From Macrostomum lignano (Eukaryota): 64,000 bases of DNA. How positions within the stretch are numbered: the stretch's first letter is position 1; every line of letters begins with the position of its first letter. Location of the stretch: NCBI GenBank assembly GCA_002269645.1, contig NIVC01002977.1, positions 1 to 64,000 on the forward strand, read 5' to 3'. Shown here one piece after another: positions 34,401-46,784 of this stretch. Both the position numbers and the translations under genes were made by a program. The notes beneath the pieces were generated by a model. That model was not told the DNA's origin and ran no database searches. It worked only from the letters and a program-made list of their open reading frames with translations.

Positions 34401-37400
34401 GAGTCCCGATACCCGAGTCCCGATACCCGAGTCCCGATACCCGAGTCCCGATACCCGAGTCCCGATACCCGAGTCCCGATACCCGAGTCCCGATACCCGA
34501 GTCCCGATACCCGAGTCCCGATACCCGAGTCCCGATACCCGAGTCCCGATACCCGAGTCCCGATACCCGAGTCCCGATACCCGAGTCCCGATACCCGAGT
34601 CCCGATACCCGAGTCCCGATACCCGAGTCCCGATACCCGAGTCCCGATACCCGAGTCCCGATACCCGAGTCCCGATACCCGAGTCCCGATACCCGAGTCC
34701 CGATACCCGAGTCCCGATACCCGAGTCCCGATACCCGAGTCCCGATACCCGAGTCCCGATACCCGAGTCCCGATACCCGAGTCCCGATACCCGAGTCCCG
34801 ATACCCGAGTCCCGATACCCGAGTCCCGATACCCGAGTCCCGATACCCGAGTCCCGATACCCGAGTCCCGATACCCGAGTCCCGATACCCGAGTCCCGAT
34901 ACCCGAGTCCCGATACCCGAGTCCCGATACCCGAGTCCCGATACCCGAGTCCCGATACCCGAGTCCTGATACCCGAGTCCCGATACCCGAGTTCCGATAC
35001 CCGAGTCCCGATACCCGAGTCCCGATACCCGAGTCTAGAAAATTTTCACAGCACTGGAAGCCATAGAAAATTCATAAAGCTGAGGCGTCGCTCACTTCCG
35101 CCTGCAGCAGTTCGGGCGAGTCCGCCCCGCCGGAGTCGCCGGCTCCGCAGTCGGCCGCCAGGCGGTGGCGGCCGCTGACGGCGCCGAAGACGCCGGTGCC
35201 GATGATGGTGAACAGCAACTCGAAGCCGATTCTGCAGGCGGTGGCGCCGTCCTTGTCCTCAGCGCTGTTGGAGATCAGCATGGTGGAAGAGGCGTAGGGC
35301 ACGTGGTAGCACTGTGGGTGGGGCCGGGATAAAAGTGCGATGGGGAGTGGAAGCTGGACAATGGTAAGCTGGACAATTTCCTCGAGACGTCTCTATTAAA
35401 AAGCAGTCAAGTACTCGTATTTAAAGCAATGCAGCCAAGTCCTTTTCTTCAAAAGCCATGCACTTGTTTGAATTCGGGGGCTGACAGAGCGAAATCCAAG
35501 GAAAATTTGATGCTGCAAAAAATAACCTGAGCGGTCCTTAGTTCGAATTTTTTCAACCAAAGCGTATGCGTGAGGGAACTTCAGATCCAAGCATCTTGGA
35601 CTATAGACGCGGCTGCTCACTCCCTCCCCTGTTTATTGGTTCATTCTTTATCAACGAAACCGCTCTCGATGGCCAAACCTTCCAGGATACCTGGAAACTC
35701 GATTTGTATACTCAAAATCCGATTCACGTACTCAAAATCCGATTCACGTACTCAAAATCCGATTCACGTACTCAAAATCCGATTCACGTACTCAAAATCC
35801 GATTCACGTACTCAAAATCCGATTCACGTACTCAAAACCCGATTCACGTAATCAAAATTTGATTCATGTACTCAAAATTTGATTGATGTACTCAAAATCC
35901 GATTACACCGTACTCAAAATCCGATTCACGTACTCAGAATCCGATTACACCGTACTCAAAATCCGATTCACGTACTCAGAATCCGATTCACGTACTCAAA
36001 ACCCGATTCACGTAATCAAAATTTTATTCATGTACTCAAAATCCGATTCACGTACTCAAAACCCGATTCACGTACTCAGAATCCGATTCACGTATTCAAA
36101 ACCCGATTCACGTACTCAGAATCAGATTCACGTACTCAGAATCCGATTCACGTACTCAGAATCCGATTCACGTACTCAAAATTTGATTAATGTACTCAAA
36201 ATCCGATTACACCGTACTAAAAATCCGATTACACCGTACTCAAAATCCGATTCACGTACTCAGAATCCGATTCACGTACTCAAAACCCGATTCACGTAAT
36301 CAAAATTTGATTAATGTACTCAAAATCCGATTACACCGTACTCAAAATCCGATTCACGTACTCAAAATCCGATTACACCGTACTCAAAATCCGATTCACG
36401 TACTCAGAATCCGATTCACGTACTCAAAACCCGATTCACGTAATCAAAATTTTATTCATGTACTCAAAATCCGATTCACGTACTCAAAACCCGATTCACG
36501 TACTCAGAATCCGATTCACGTATTCAAAACCCGATTCACGTACTCAGAATCAGATTCACGTACTCAGAATCCGATTCACGTATTCAAAACCCGATTCACG
36601 TACTCAGAATCAGATTCACGTACTCAGAATCAGATTCACGTACTCAAAATCCGATTCACGTACTCAGAATCAGATTCACGTATTCAAAACCCGATTCACG
36701 TACTCAGAATCAGATTCACGTACTCCAAATCCACATCATCCATGGCGAGTCCGTTGACTGCTGCTAAGCTCTGGATTCCGCTCTATATCTTACTGGCGCG
36801 ACATGATCGGGAAGGTCTGCACCCAGAAGGCACACTGGGTGCTGCAATTGCTATTTCAATGAATGCTCCGTGTCTCACCGTGATGCAGGCGCAGTAGGCC
36901 AGGTAGCTCAGCAGGTGGTAGGAGAACGCGGAGCCGGCGCTGCCGCTCAGCCACATGGCCAGGAAGGCGGCCGGGCCCAGCGCGGTGGCCGCGGCCAGCC
37001 ACGGCTTCGTGCGGCCGCACCGGGTTCGAGTCCGCAGCACCAGCTGGCCAACCAGCGGGTCGGTGGCGGCGTCCCACAGTCTGCCCGCAAAAGTGATGGC
37101 GGAAACCTGGGCAGGACTGAGGCGTACAGCCTCCAGCAGGTAGATGCTGAAGAAGAAGCCGCAGATGTTGCTCGTCATCTGCAGTGGCGGCGCGGCCAGG
37201 CCGAACAGCAGCTTCCGGCACAGCGACAGGCGGGGCTGCGGCCGGGGCCGAATGCGCAGACTCTGGGTGAGTGAGTGAGTGAGTGAGTTAGTGAGTTAGT
37301 GAGTGAGTGAGTGAGTGAGTGAGTGAGTGAGTGAGTGAGTGAGTGAGTGAGTGAGTGAGTGAGTGAGTGAGTAAGTGAGTGAGTGAGTGAGTGAGTGAGT

Positions 37401-37746
37401 GAGTGAGTGAGTGAGTGAGTGAGTGAGTGAGTGAGTGAGTGAGTGAGTGAGTGAGTGAATGAGTGAGTGAGTGAGTGAGTGAGTGAGTGAGTGAGTGAGT
37501 GAGTGAGTGAGTGAGTGAGTGAGTGAGTGAGTGATAGAGTGAGTGAACTAGCTCCTAGTCACAGTGGGATCAGCAGGCTAAGTCGCAAGCCATTCAGTGA
37601 ATCAGGACACCATATAATAAACTTCGGCCTACATTGAACAACATATTGAGTGCTCTAGACCATGCAGGTTAAGCAAAAAAGATCATATTTAATACATGTA
37701 CCTTGGTTTTGCCATTGCCAATCAGCTGCGATGTCAAGTCGGTCAT
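31483..37746 (-). CDS. MFSD2: MFSD2-like MFS/GPH (Na+-lysolipid/melibiose symporter family) transporter; last exon interrupted by a MITE
   Basis: Exons 37746-37702, 37262-36879, 35311-35096, 33564-33364, 32868-32701, 32268(or 32274)-31483 minus the insertion. Motifs GRLWDAATDPLVG, CYHVPY, LLPWSMLPDVIDDF, REATFYSLYVFFTKFASG typical of MFSD2A/B. Confidence 0.9.
31870..32218. mobile_element. Non-autonomous hAT-type MITE, 349 bp, inserted in a coding exon
   Basis: Perfect 15-bp TIR CAGTGGTCGTGGCGG; perfect 8-bp TSD GCGGCGAC at 31862-31869 and 32219-32226; subterminal TTTCGCGCCA repeats; removing the element plus one TSD restores NSVAAYYAV. Confidence 0.92.
32405..32562. repeat. 20-bp intronic repeat (GTGATAATCCTGAGTCCTGG)
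   Basis: Inside MFSD2 intron 32269-32700. Confidence 0.85.
33617..35035. repeat. Near-perfect 14-bp minisatellite (GAGTCCCGATACCC), ~100 copies
   Basis: Fills MFSD2 intron 33565-35095; only a few variants, near 34975-34995. Confidence 0.97.
35705..36730. repeat. 20-bp intronic minisatellite (GTACTCAAAATCCGATTCAC)
   Basis: Fills most of MFSD2 intron 35312-36878. Confidence 0.95.
37266..37546. repeat. (GTGA)n microsatellite; (TCAC)n on gene strand abutting a 3' splice site
   Basis: Ends ...CTCACTCACCCAG| at the acceptor 37264-37263. Confidence 0.95.
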
Positions 37747-39405
37747 TTTTAAATGATTAGGTCTTGCCTTGCAGCTGCCTTCGCACTAATAGCTGTAGCT
37801 ACAGTGTTTGCAGATCAGGAGCTCAGTCCATGGAGAAACCGTCTATCTGAATGCATTCAATAATGTTTGCAGTGGCAGACCTGTCGAGCTGTGTTGAATA
37901 AATTTTGCCGAAGCTCCTAACTGTCCGGCAATCTCAGAAGCAATGTATAGCACAGGCTGCTACAGCTCCAATTGAGTGACTCAGCTCAGTGACACCGCGT
38001 TATCAACAACTCGACAGCCTGCTGACTGTACGCTGATATTGCATTGCTAAATATAATGACACGCACGCTGTACTTTGTACCATTTGAACTCAAATTGTAC
38101 ATCAACATGCAGATTGCAACGTAATCCATACGCTGAATTTTGTTATTTTTAGTGCAGCTCGGAAAAGCTGCATGTCACAATTAATGTACGCTTGTGCGCT
38201 ACATTTATAATACACAGCACTACAATTTTGCGAACATGCAGCAAACACATGCAGTTATATTGATTTTGTCAGCCAATTTAATAGTTTAGCCAACCGAAGT
38301 TAAGAATTCCCATTTATTGGGAGCAGCTGCATGGAGATTATCAGTCTTCTTGTCCATATAGTGTAGGTTTGCAGTGTAGGCGGGAAAAGGCATGTAGAAT
38401 CAATATTGTAAGCCTATCTTTAAGTCTCTAGACTCAATAAAGCTTTTTGTGGGTCCGTGTTTTTATACGGAAGGGAACGGCAGATGCATGAGCCGAGGAC
38501 AGGCCGATCGACAGCCCGCGATCGAGACGGAGCCCGAGAGGGGTTGCGCAATTTTTAATTACCGAGACGGAATCAAACGCCAAGACGAAAGAATACAACA
38601 TGCACGTGTATAAGTATAAACTCGGTATAGCCTCGAGCGGTGTGCCAACTTAAGGCGGGTTCTCCTTTACATGTACATGTCGTATTAGTAGATACTGTAT
38701 AATATTATAATTATGCGCAGACAAAATATGGGAAAATACTAGATGCCTATTAGTATGGTCTTGCCATCTGGAAATGTGTCTAGAGATGTTGAGAAAAAAT
38801 ATTGCGTAGTGGATATTCAAGGGACTATTCTACGAGTATATTCAAACGTTTTACTACGTGTAACAATTTGAAGGCACGTTCGTGCGTGTCGTAAATATTT
38901 CCCTTTTTAGGGTCCTTCAAATACTCATAGTGTAAAATAAGTTTCTTGAAGTCCAAGAATTCAAAGAATCGCCTTATTTTCGTTGTGATGACAGATGAAT
39001 GAACGAATGCGTTCTTGGCTTGTGGGTGCAATGCGCCTTAATTCATTTCATTTATATATTTGTATTCGTATCTGAACAATCTATGTAGTCAAAGTAATTA
39101 AGATATATTCTAAAAAATGTCTATATCTATTATTGAATTAAAACTGGATCGACTGGAACTCTGGAACGGCTATGCAACCCTACGACTACAACTACTACGG
39201 CGCACAGGAGAACTAACACCAAAACACAGCGCATTCGCGTTTGAAATACGATAGGAATTAGCATACAGTAAAACAATAGTAGTAAAGTACGTACAGTAAG
39301 AATCGCGGAAATAGAAACTCACTACTGAATAAATACTAACTAAATAATAACACTATAATATTCAAGAATGCCCGACACATCATAAAAAGTGCGGAGATTT
39401 AATTG

Positions 39406-39660
39406 GGGTGTTGCTATTTCGCAGCCCGGCCCGGCCCGGGCGGCCCCTATTTTGCCAATGTAAATCTATTTTAGTAAATAAGTAAAACAAAAAATACTGA
39501 CCAGAATGCCGCATATTTTTAGAGTCAATTGTGAGTTTACTACATTGTAAAATATTGATTGGTTATTTAATGAACTTCTGATGCTCTATTTTTTAAATTA
39601 AGTTAAAAACCAAAGTAACAAGACCGCCGGGCCGGGCCGGGCCGCGAAATAGCAACACCC
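39406..39660. mobile_element. MITE, 255 bp, 9-bp TSD (Mutator/Merlin-like)
   Basis: TIR GGGTGTTGCTATTTCGC(A/G)GCCCGGCCCGGCCC; TSD ATTTAATTG at 39397-39405 and 39661-39669. Confidence 0.85.
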
Positions 39661-39856
39661 ATTTAATTGATACATATACATAAAAATACTTTACAATAGC
39701 TATATGTAACTTCGCAATAATTGACTGCATGGCGTAAATATACAAGTACATGTTGTATAATATGAGACAGCTTTTTAGCCCTTGACTATCGGGCTCGCAG
39801 GGCATAGAAATACATCATCATTTAATTCTCTACTTCCTACGCCTACTGCTGTCAGT

Positions 39857-40205
39857 CAGTGGCGTAGCCAGGCCAGGGGGCCTCGCCCCCCAAAATTTAC
39901 CCCCTCCCCCAAAAATTCTGGAGGAAAAATTGCCCCTCCCCCTGAAATTCCGTAGAAAAAACCCAGCCCTCCTATACCCCTAACCCCCTCCTCTGGGTGC
40001 TGAATGCCTCCCCTCCCAGGGGCATAGGGAGGGGGGATAGGGGGGATGTATCCCCCAAAGAGCCTGACCAAAACTTTTTTGTTACCCTTGGTTGCTATAC
40101 ATGCTACCATGTGACTCTGTCATAGCACTTTTACCTTGGTGTATCCCCTCTCTCTATAGGAAATTCCTGGCTATGCCCCCCCCTGAAATAAATTTCTGGC
40201 TCAGT
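39857..40205. mobile_element. Degenerate hAT-like MITE
   Basis: Left end CAGTGGCGTAGCCAGG; the right end retains only AAATTCCTGGCTATGCC / AATTTCTGGCT; no clean TSD. Confidence 0.45.
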
Positions 40206-40813
40206 GTCATGTAATGCATGCATATAGTCGCCTCAGGCCTAAACTAAAGGGTAGCAGACCCTATTCAAAAGAGATTACTAATTATCCAGCAAATAATTCA
40301 ATTTAAAATTGAAATTTTGTATTTTTGGAAAAGGCTTTTTGTAGGCTCAACTTTTAAAAAGTTAGCCTAGCTGCCTAGAAGTGTTTCTGGGCCAAACTAA
40401 ATTTATTTAATTCAAGCCTTTATCTATATTCAGCTAGTAGTATAGACAGTAGTCTAGGAGAAAGACAATGATAGACTAAAGAAAAAGACATCTAAATTCT
40501 AAATTATAGCATAGCTCAAATGTTATAGGGGCCTAATATAATTATAGTTTTATATAATGAGTTAACAATTAACTAGGGCCTAGGATTGAATAGGCCTAAT
40601 TTCCTAAAAAAACCAATCCTATTAATTACATGCCTTTTATATCAAATAATTATATTTAAATAATATTAAAAAATGAAATTATAACAAATAGAATTGAGAC
40701 AAAATTTTATCAATTTTAAAACTTTATCTATAGCTTTTATTAGGCCTAAGAACTTTATACTTTATAATGGAACTTTGTGCTAAACCATTCAATATATTCA
40801 TTTTATTATAAAG

Positions 40814-41178
40814 TAGAGGTCGGATGGGATTGAAATCTTCGGGCGGGATCGGGATCGGGAATAATTTTTTTCTCGGGATCGGGATTGGGATTCGGGAATC
40901 GGGATCAGGTCTTTTAGTGTATTGTCCATGTAAAGTTAAACAAAATTGAGAAAAGATTGTCAAGATCAAGAAGTAAAACACAACAAAATTGATATGAAGT
41001 TTTGTAACCAACAAAGTAAATAATATAACGAGTACAAGTTGAAGCAAAATACCTTTAAGTAATCACTAATTCTATAAATTATTAATCGAAAGACCTGTTC
41101 CCGAATCTCGACTTTTTTAGGGTCGGGATTCTGGTCCCGCGGGAATTCAATTTTCCTTGGGATCCCGTCCGACCTCTA
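40814..41178. mobile_element. hAT-type MITE, 365 bp, 8-bp TSD
   Basis: TIR TAGAGGTCGGA(T/C)GGGA; TSD TTATAAAG at 40806-40813 and 41179-41186; subterminal GGGATC repeats. Confidence 0.88.
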
Positions 41179-42032
41179 TTATAAAGACACTATTAGCCTT
41201 AATAAATATTTGATTTAAGATTTGATTTGATTTAAGCTTATGATAAAAAGTACTTATTATAAGCTTAGAATTCTTGTATAAATTGATAATTACTTGGCCT
41301 TGGTATAGTAAGTTATTTGTATTAGACAGTATATTTCAAATGTATTATTAGCCAAATAATTAAGGAATTAAGGTCAAGGTCAAGCAAGGAGGATGGTTAA
41401 AAGAAGTCTTTATATCTATCATATGACTATATTAGTTTCACTTAGCATTACTATTATATGCTAATATAGTCCTATCCTATTAAAAACAATATTAATATAT
41501 AATAGCCCCTAGGCTAGCCATATCTATATGGATAGATGATCTATGGATACAATATCCTTTAGTATATAGAGGTAAATAGCTATGCTTATATATTCTTAAT
41601 CTGCAAAGAAGTGGAGTGACATGATATTATTTATATCATATATGCCTTTATAATGAGAGGCATATCATCTGGGCTTTTTGCCTATGTAAGAAATGTAAAA
41701 AAATGCCTTTTATCTTCAATGAGTTGAATGGACTATAAAAATAAAATCTAATAATAGTTTTTGCCAAAACATTGCATTGAAGTAGATATTGGAATTTGAG
41801 AAGCTATAGTATTTTTATGGTATAAAAACCCTGAATGAATGATTGCATTGTAGATATAATGAGGAAGTCAAGTCAGTATCTTTAAGGGAAGCCTTCTAGA
41901 TATATTCTAGATATATTAGATATATATAGCCTCATATAATATATATGCTTATATACATATGTAGTCCTTTATGATTTATAATTTATAAATATCTTGATCG
42001 CTGAGTATCATTCAGGACTCATTGCTCTCCAG

Positions 42033-44818
42033 GAGGTGGACAGCCCTGACGAAGACTCTGGCGACATCCCGCCAGAGCCGGTGTGCCGCAGGCTCTGCGA
42101 CCAGTTCGCCGAGATCACGGGCACCGACTCGGCCTTTGCGCTGATGATGCTGCAGAACAGCGGCTGGTCCCTGCCAGCCGCTCTGGACCGCTGCTTCGGT
42201 GGCGACGCGCCAGCCACCCCGGCGCTGCCGGCTGCGGCCTCCAGCAACGAGGATCCGCGCCAGCTGCGCGTGATGTCGTGGAATCTGGACGGCCTGACGG
42301 ACCAGCAGGTGGAGGCGCGGACGCGGGCCGCCATCGCTGTTCTGCAGGATGCCGAGCCGCACGCCGTCCACCTTCAGGTGAGCGCCGGGGCCCATGTGGG
42401 TTTGAGCACCTGTGCTCTGGGGTGCTTTGATTCTGATGGGAGCCTCAGTTTCATAGTGCTGTGCTCTGGGGTGCTTCGATTCTGATGGGAGCCTCAGTTC
42501 CATAGTGCTGTGCTCTGGGGTGCTTCGATTCTGATGGGAGCCTCAGTTCCAAAGTGCTGTGCTCTGGGGTGCTTCGATTCTGATGGGAGCCTCAGTTCCA
42601 TAGTGCTGTGCTCTGGGGTGCTTCGATTCTGATGGGAGCCTCAGTTCCAAAGTGCTGTGCTCTGGGGTGCTTCGATTCTGATGGGAGCCTGAGTTCCATA
42701 GTGCTGTGCTCTGGGGTGCTTTGATTCTGATGGGAGCCTCAGTTCCAAAGTGCTGTGCTCTGGGGTGCTTCGATTCTGATGGGAGCCTCAGTTCCATAGT
42801 GCTGTGCTCTGGGGTGCTTCGATTCTGATGGGAGCCTCAGTTCCATAGTGCTGTGCTCTGGGGTGCTTTGATTCTGATGGGAGCCTCAGTTCCAAAGTGC
42901 TGTGCTCTGGGGTGCTTTGATTCTGATGGGAGCCTCAGTTCCAAAGTGCTGTGCTCTGGGGTGCTTTGATTCTGATGGGAGCCTCAGTTCCAAAGTGCTG
43001 TGCTCTGGGGTGCTTCGATTCTGATGGGAGCCTGAGTTCCATAGTGCTGTGCTCTGGGGTGCTTCGATTCTGATGGGAGCCTGAGTTCCATAGTGCTGTG
43101 CTCTGGGGTGCTTTCACTATGACAGGGAGCAGGTGCCATGAATTTGCCCGCCGCCGCCTGTGCAGGAAGTGGCTCCAGACACGCTGGACCTGCTGCGTCG
43201 CCTGCTTCGCGACCGCTACGAGTTCGTGGACGGCCGAGCGCACCCCGACGATCGCTACTTCACCGCCACGCTGCTGCGCCGCGGCCGCCTGCAGTTGCTG
43301 AGCCCCAGCCTGCACCGCTTTGAGGGCTCTCGGATGGACCGGACACTGCTGGCTGTGCGAGTCAAGTCAGCGAACGGTCCCGAGGTGAGAATTAGCTAGT
43401 TACCAGCCAATCAGAATCTACCTAGCTATCAGCCAATCACAATCTACCTATCAGCCAATCACAATCTACCTATCAGCTAATCACAATCTACCTAGCTATC
43501 AGCCAATCAGAAGCTACCTATCAGCCAATCAAAATCTACCTATCAGCCATCACAATCTACCTATCAGCCAATCAGAAGCTACCTATCAGCCAATCAAAAT
43601 CTACCTATCAGCCAATCACAATCTACCTGGCCTGGCTATCAGTTAATCACAATCTACCTGGCCTGGCTATCAGCCAATCAAAATCTACCTATCAGCCAAT
43701 CACAATCTACCTGGCCTGGCTATCAGTTAATCACAATCTACCTGGCCTGGCTATCAGTCAATCACAATCTACCTGGCCTGGCTATCAGCCAATCAAAATC
43801 TACCTATCAGCCAATCACAATCTACCTGGCCTGGCTATCAGTCAATCACCATCTACCTATCAGCCAATCACAATCTACCTAGCTACCAGCCAATCCGAAA
43901 GGTACAAAAACAGTCTCTGTAGGAGTTCCAAATAAATAGGTAGACGTAGCGGGGTGGGGCAGATGGCAGCCTCCCGGCTTAAAGAGGCCAACCCCTCAAA
44001 CTGTGAGGGGTTGGCCCAGCCACTCAGACTGCTCCGGGAGGTCAGACAACAATGTCTACCCCGGCTCTGGCCAATCGCACGCAGGCTTACTCATAAAGGG
44101 GCGGAATTGGAGACCTAGGAATGGGCCGGTTTACACCGGCTTGGCACGCTCGCGAAAAGGCTACGCGTACTATGAATTGGCTAGGAGAGGTGTACTCACC
44201 ACAGGAATCTACTCTAGCTATCAGCCAATCAGATTATTGAGCTATCAATCAACAAATTATCTACTTTTCAACATCATTTCAGGTGCTGCTGTTGAACACC
44301 CACCTGGAGTCTACCAAGGACTTTGCGGCCGAGCGAAAGCGCCAGCTGTCCACGGCTTTGCGCACCCTGACAGAGTCGGCCAAGCCGGCCCTTCTAGCCG
44401 GCGATCTGAACCTGCGCGACGCCGAGCTTCAGGCGATTGGCGGCCTGCCAGCGGGAGTTCTGGACGCCTGGAGCCACTGCGGCGCCCGGCCTGAGGCGCA
44501 GTACACCTGGGACGCCACGCGCAACCGCAACATACAGGTGAGACTGCGCTCAGGGTCGGCTGCAGCTCATTTCTGTCCCTACTAAATTGGAAATAATTAT
44601 TAGGCACTGAGCGATGCTTGCTACTCGCAGTAGCCGATCGCGCCCGCCCGCCCGATCCACAGAACATGGGCCGCGCCCGCTGCCGCTTCGATCGCATGCT
44701 GGCCTGGCGCATGCAGCCGCTGGACTTTCAGCTTGTGGGGCTGCAGCCGGCGGCCGGCACCCAGCTGTTCCCCTCCGATCACTGGGGGCTGGTGGGCCTG
44801 TTCCAGCTGCAGGACTGA
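42033..44818 (+). CDS. TDP2: Tyrosyl-DNA phosphodiesterase 2 (first exon/start not located)
   Basis: Exons 42033-42377, 43166-43384, 44283-44537, 44663-44818, all phase 0. UBA-like FAEITGTDSAFA..WSL, then EEP motifs SWNLDGL, LQ|EV, NTHLES, AGDLNLRD, YTWD, RFDR, FPSDHWGL. Confidence 0.93.
42410..43115. repeat. 49-bp intronic minisatellite
   Basis: CTGTGCTCTGGGGTGCTTCGATTCTGATGGGAGCCTCAGTTCCATAGTG; period 49 (42431, 42480). Confidence 0.95.
43400..43895. repeat. ~22-bp CCAAT-containing intronic minisatellite (CTACCTATCAGCCAATCACAAT)
   Basis: Starts just after the TDP2 donor at 43385. Confidence 0.9.
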
Positions 44819-45289
44819 CTGCCCGCATCGGCATCTTCATCTGTTCTATCATGCTGAATTCCAGCTTCACTGATTCCCACATTGCTCACTTGTGATGCAT
44901 TTTGATGCAGTTTTGTTAACTTGCTCCCCATCCCAGTCTCTGCAGTCTGCATGTCTCCAGTGCATTTGCCCCAGTTTGGTGCTTGCAGCCAAGGTTAATA
45001 AAATCACATAATAATCCCGTTCGATATTTTCTGCATTTGGATTTCGATTCAAAACTTCAGTTCAATAGCTCAGTTCTCTGTCAGTGAACTCCAACTCAAT
45101 TTCAAATGACCGCGTTCGGACTCAACAAGAAGTCACCTGTTTTGGGCGAAGTTGCATTTCTTAGAATTTGCTTTAAGAGCTCCGGGCTGAATTCGGGTGA
45201 GGCTTGAAGGCCCTTCAGCCGCTTAACTACGAAATATTGTGCCTGAAACAACGCATTCAAAGATAGCGCCCCTCAGTGACAGCGGCCCC

Positions 45290-46230
45290 AGACACCCCCC
45301 CCCAAAGACAGCACCCCAAAGACAGCGCCCCGAAAGACAGCGCCCCCAAAGACAGCGCCCCCCAAAGACAGCACCCCCAAAGACAGCACCCCCAAGACAG
45401 CGCCCCAAAGACAGCACCCCCAAAGACAGCACCCCCAAAGACAGCGCCCCCAAAGACAGCACCACCAAAGACAGCGCCCCCAAAGACAGCACCCCCAAAG
45501 ACAGCGCCCCCAAAGACAGCACCCCAAAGACAGCACCCCCAAAGACAGCGCCCCCAAAGACAGCACCCCAAAGACAGCACCACCAAAGACAGCGCCCCCA
45601 AAGACAGCACCCCCAAAGACAGCACCCCCAAAGACAGCGCCCCCAAAGACAGCGCCCCAAAGACAGCGCCCCAAAGACAGCGCCCCCAAAGACAGCACCC
45701 CCAAAGACAGCGCCCCCAAAGACAGCACCCCAAAGACAGCACCCCCAAAGACAGCACCCCCAAAGACAGCGCCCCCAAAGACAGCACCCCCAAAGACAGC
45801 ACCCCCAAAGACAGCACCCCCAAAGACAGCGCCTCCAAAGACAGCACCCCCAAAGACAGCACCCCCAAAGACAGCGCCCCCAAAGACAGCACCCCAAAGA
45901 CAGCGCCCCCAAAGACAGCACCCCCAAAGACAGCACCCCAAAGACAGCGCCCCCAAAGACAGCACCCCCAAAGACAGCGCCCCCAAAGACAGCACCCCAA
46001 AGACAGCGCCCCCAAAGACAGCACCCCAAAGACAGCGCCCCCAAAGACAGCACCTCCAAAGACAGCGCCCCCCAAAGACAGCACCCCCAAAGACAGCGCC
46101 CCGAAAGACAGCACCCCCAAAGACAGCGCCCCGAAAGACAGCACCTCCCCAAAGACAGCACCCCCAAAGACAGCACCTCCCCAAAGACAGCGCCCCCAAG
46201 AACAGCACCCCCAAACACCGCGCCCCCAAA
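45290..46230. repeat. 15-bp minisatellite (AAAGACAGCACCCCC)
   Basis: Between the convergent TDP2 and NIM1K 3' ends. Confidence 0.95.
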
Positions 46231-46784
46231 GACGGGGGCCCCTAAAACAGTGCCCCCCCCCCCAAACACAGCGCCCTTCGTGGTGCAGTCAGTGTGGCGC
46301 CTCAAGACCGTCTAAGAATCCTGCACGCTAGAACAACAGACCTCCAATCCATCTACCGCGCGGGTTTCTTGAGATTCTGCAGCTGACGCGTTCGCGGGAG
46401 TTAATCCTCGCTGCATTGTTTCGGATTTATTGCAATTTACAATAACTTAAAACATTTAAATCTGTGGCTGCAAGTGAAGAAAGGTTTGATGTTGCTTCGC
46501 AGAAACTGTTTACAGTTACTCGCAGCCAGGTAAGCTGCCGCGTCAAGTGCAATCACTGCTGACTAGGCTTTAGTTGTGAAGGAAGCGGCATTTCCTGAAT
46601 CAACAAATTTGAAGTGCAAAAAAACATTCAACTCTTTTGGATTGATGGCATCATCTGCGTGTAGCTTTTGAGTCATTCATCACCGGAAATGTCTGAAAGC
46701 AATTCTAACGCGAGTGTACGGTGCATTTTTTGCACTGGTGCGAATGCGGCTACGAGTGTACTTGCGAGCCAAGCAGGAAGGTTG

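Noticed and set aside
38480-38545. First coding exon of TDP2
   Set aside because: An ATG and a GC-rich patch exist, but there is no phase-0 GT donor to join to 42033.
43955-44030. HDV-like ribozyme (GCC-TCCC-GGC followed by a long hairpin)
   Set aside because: L3 too short, no P1 partner and no J4/2 consensus found by eye.
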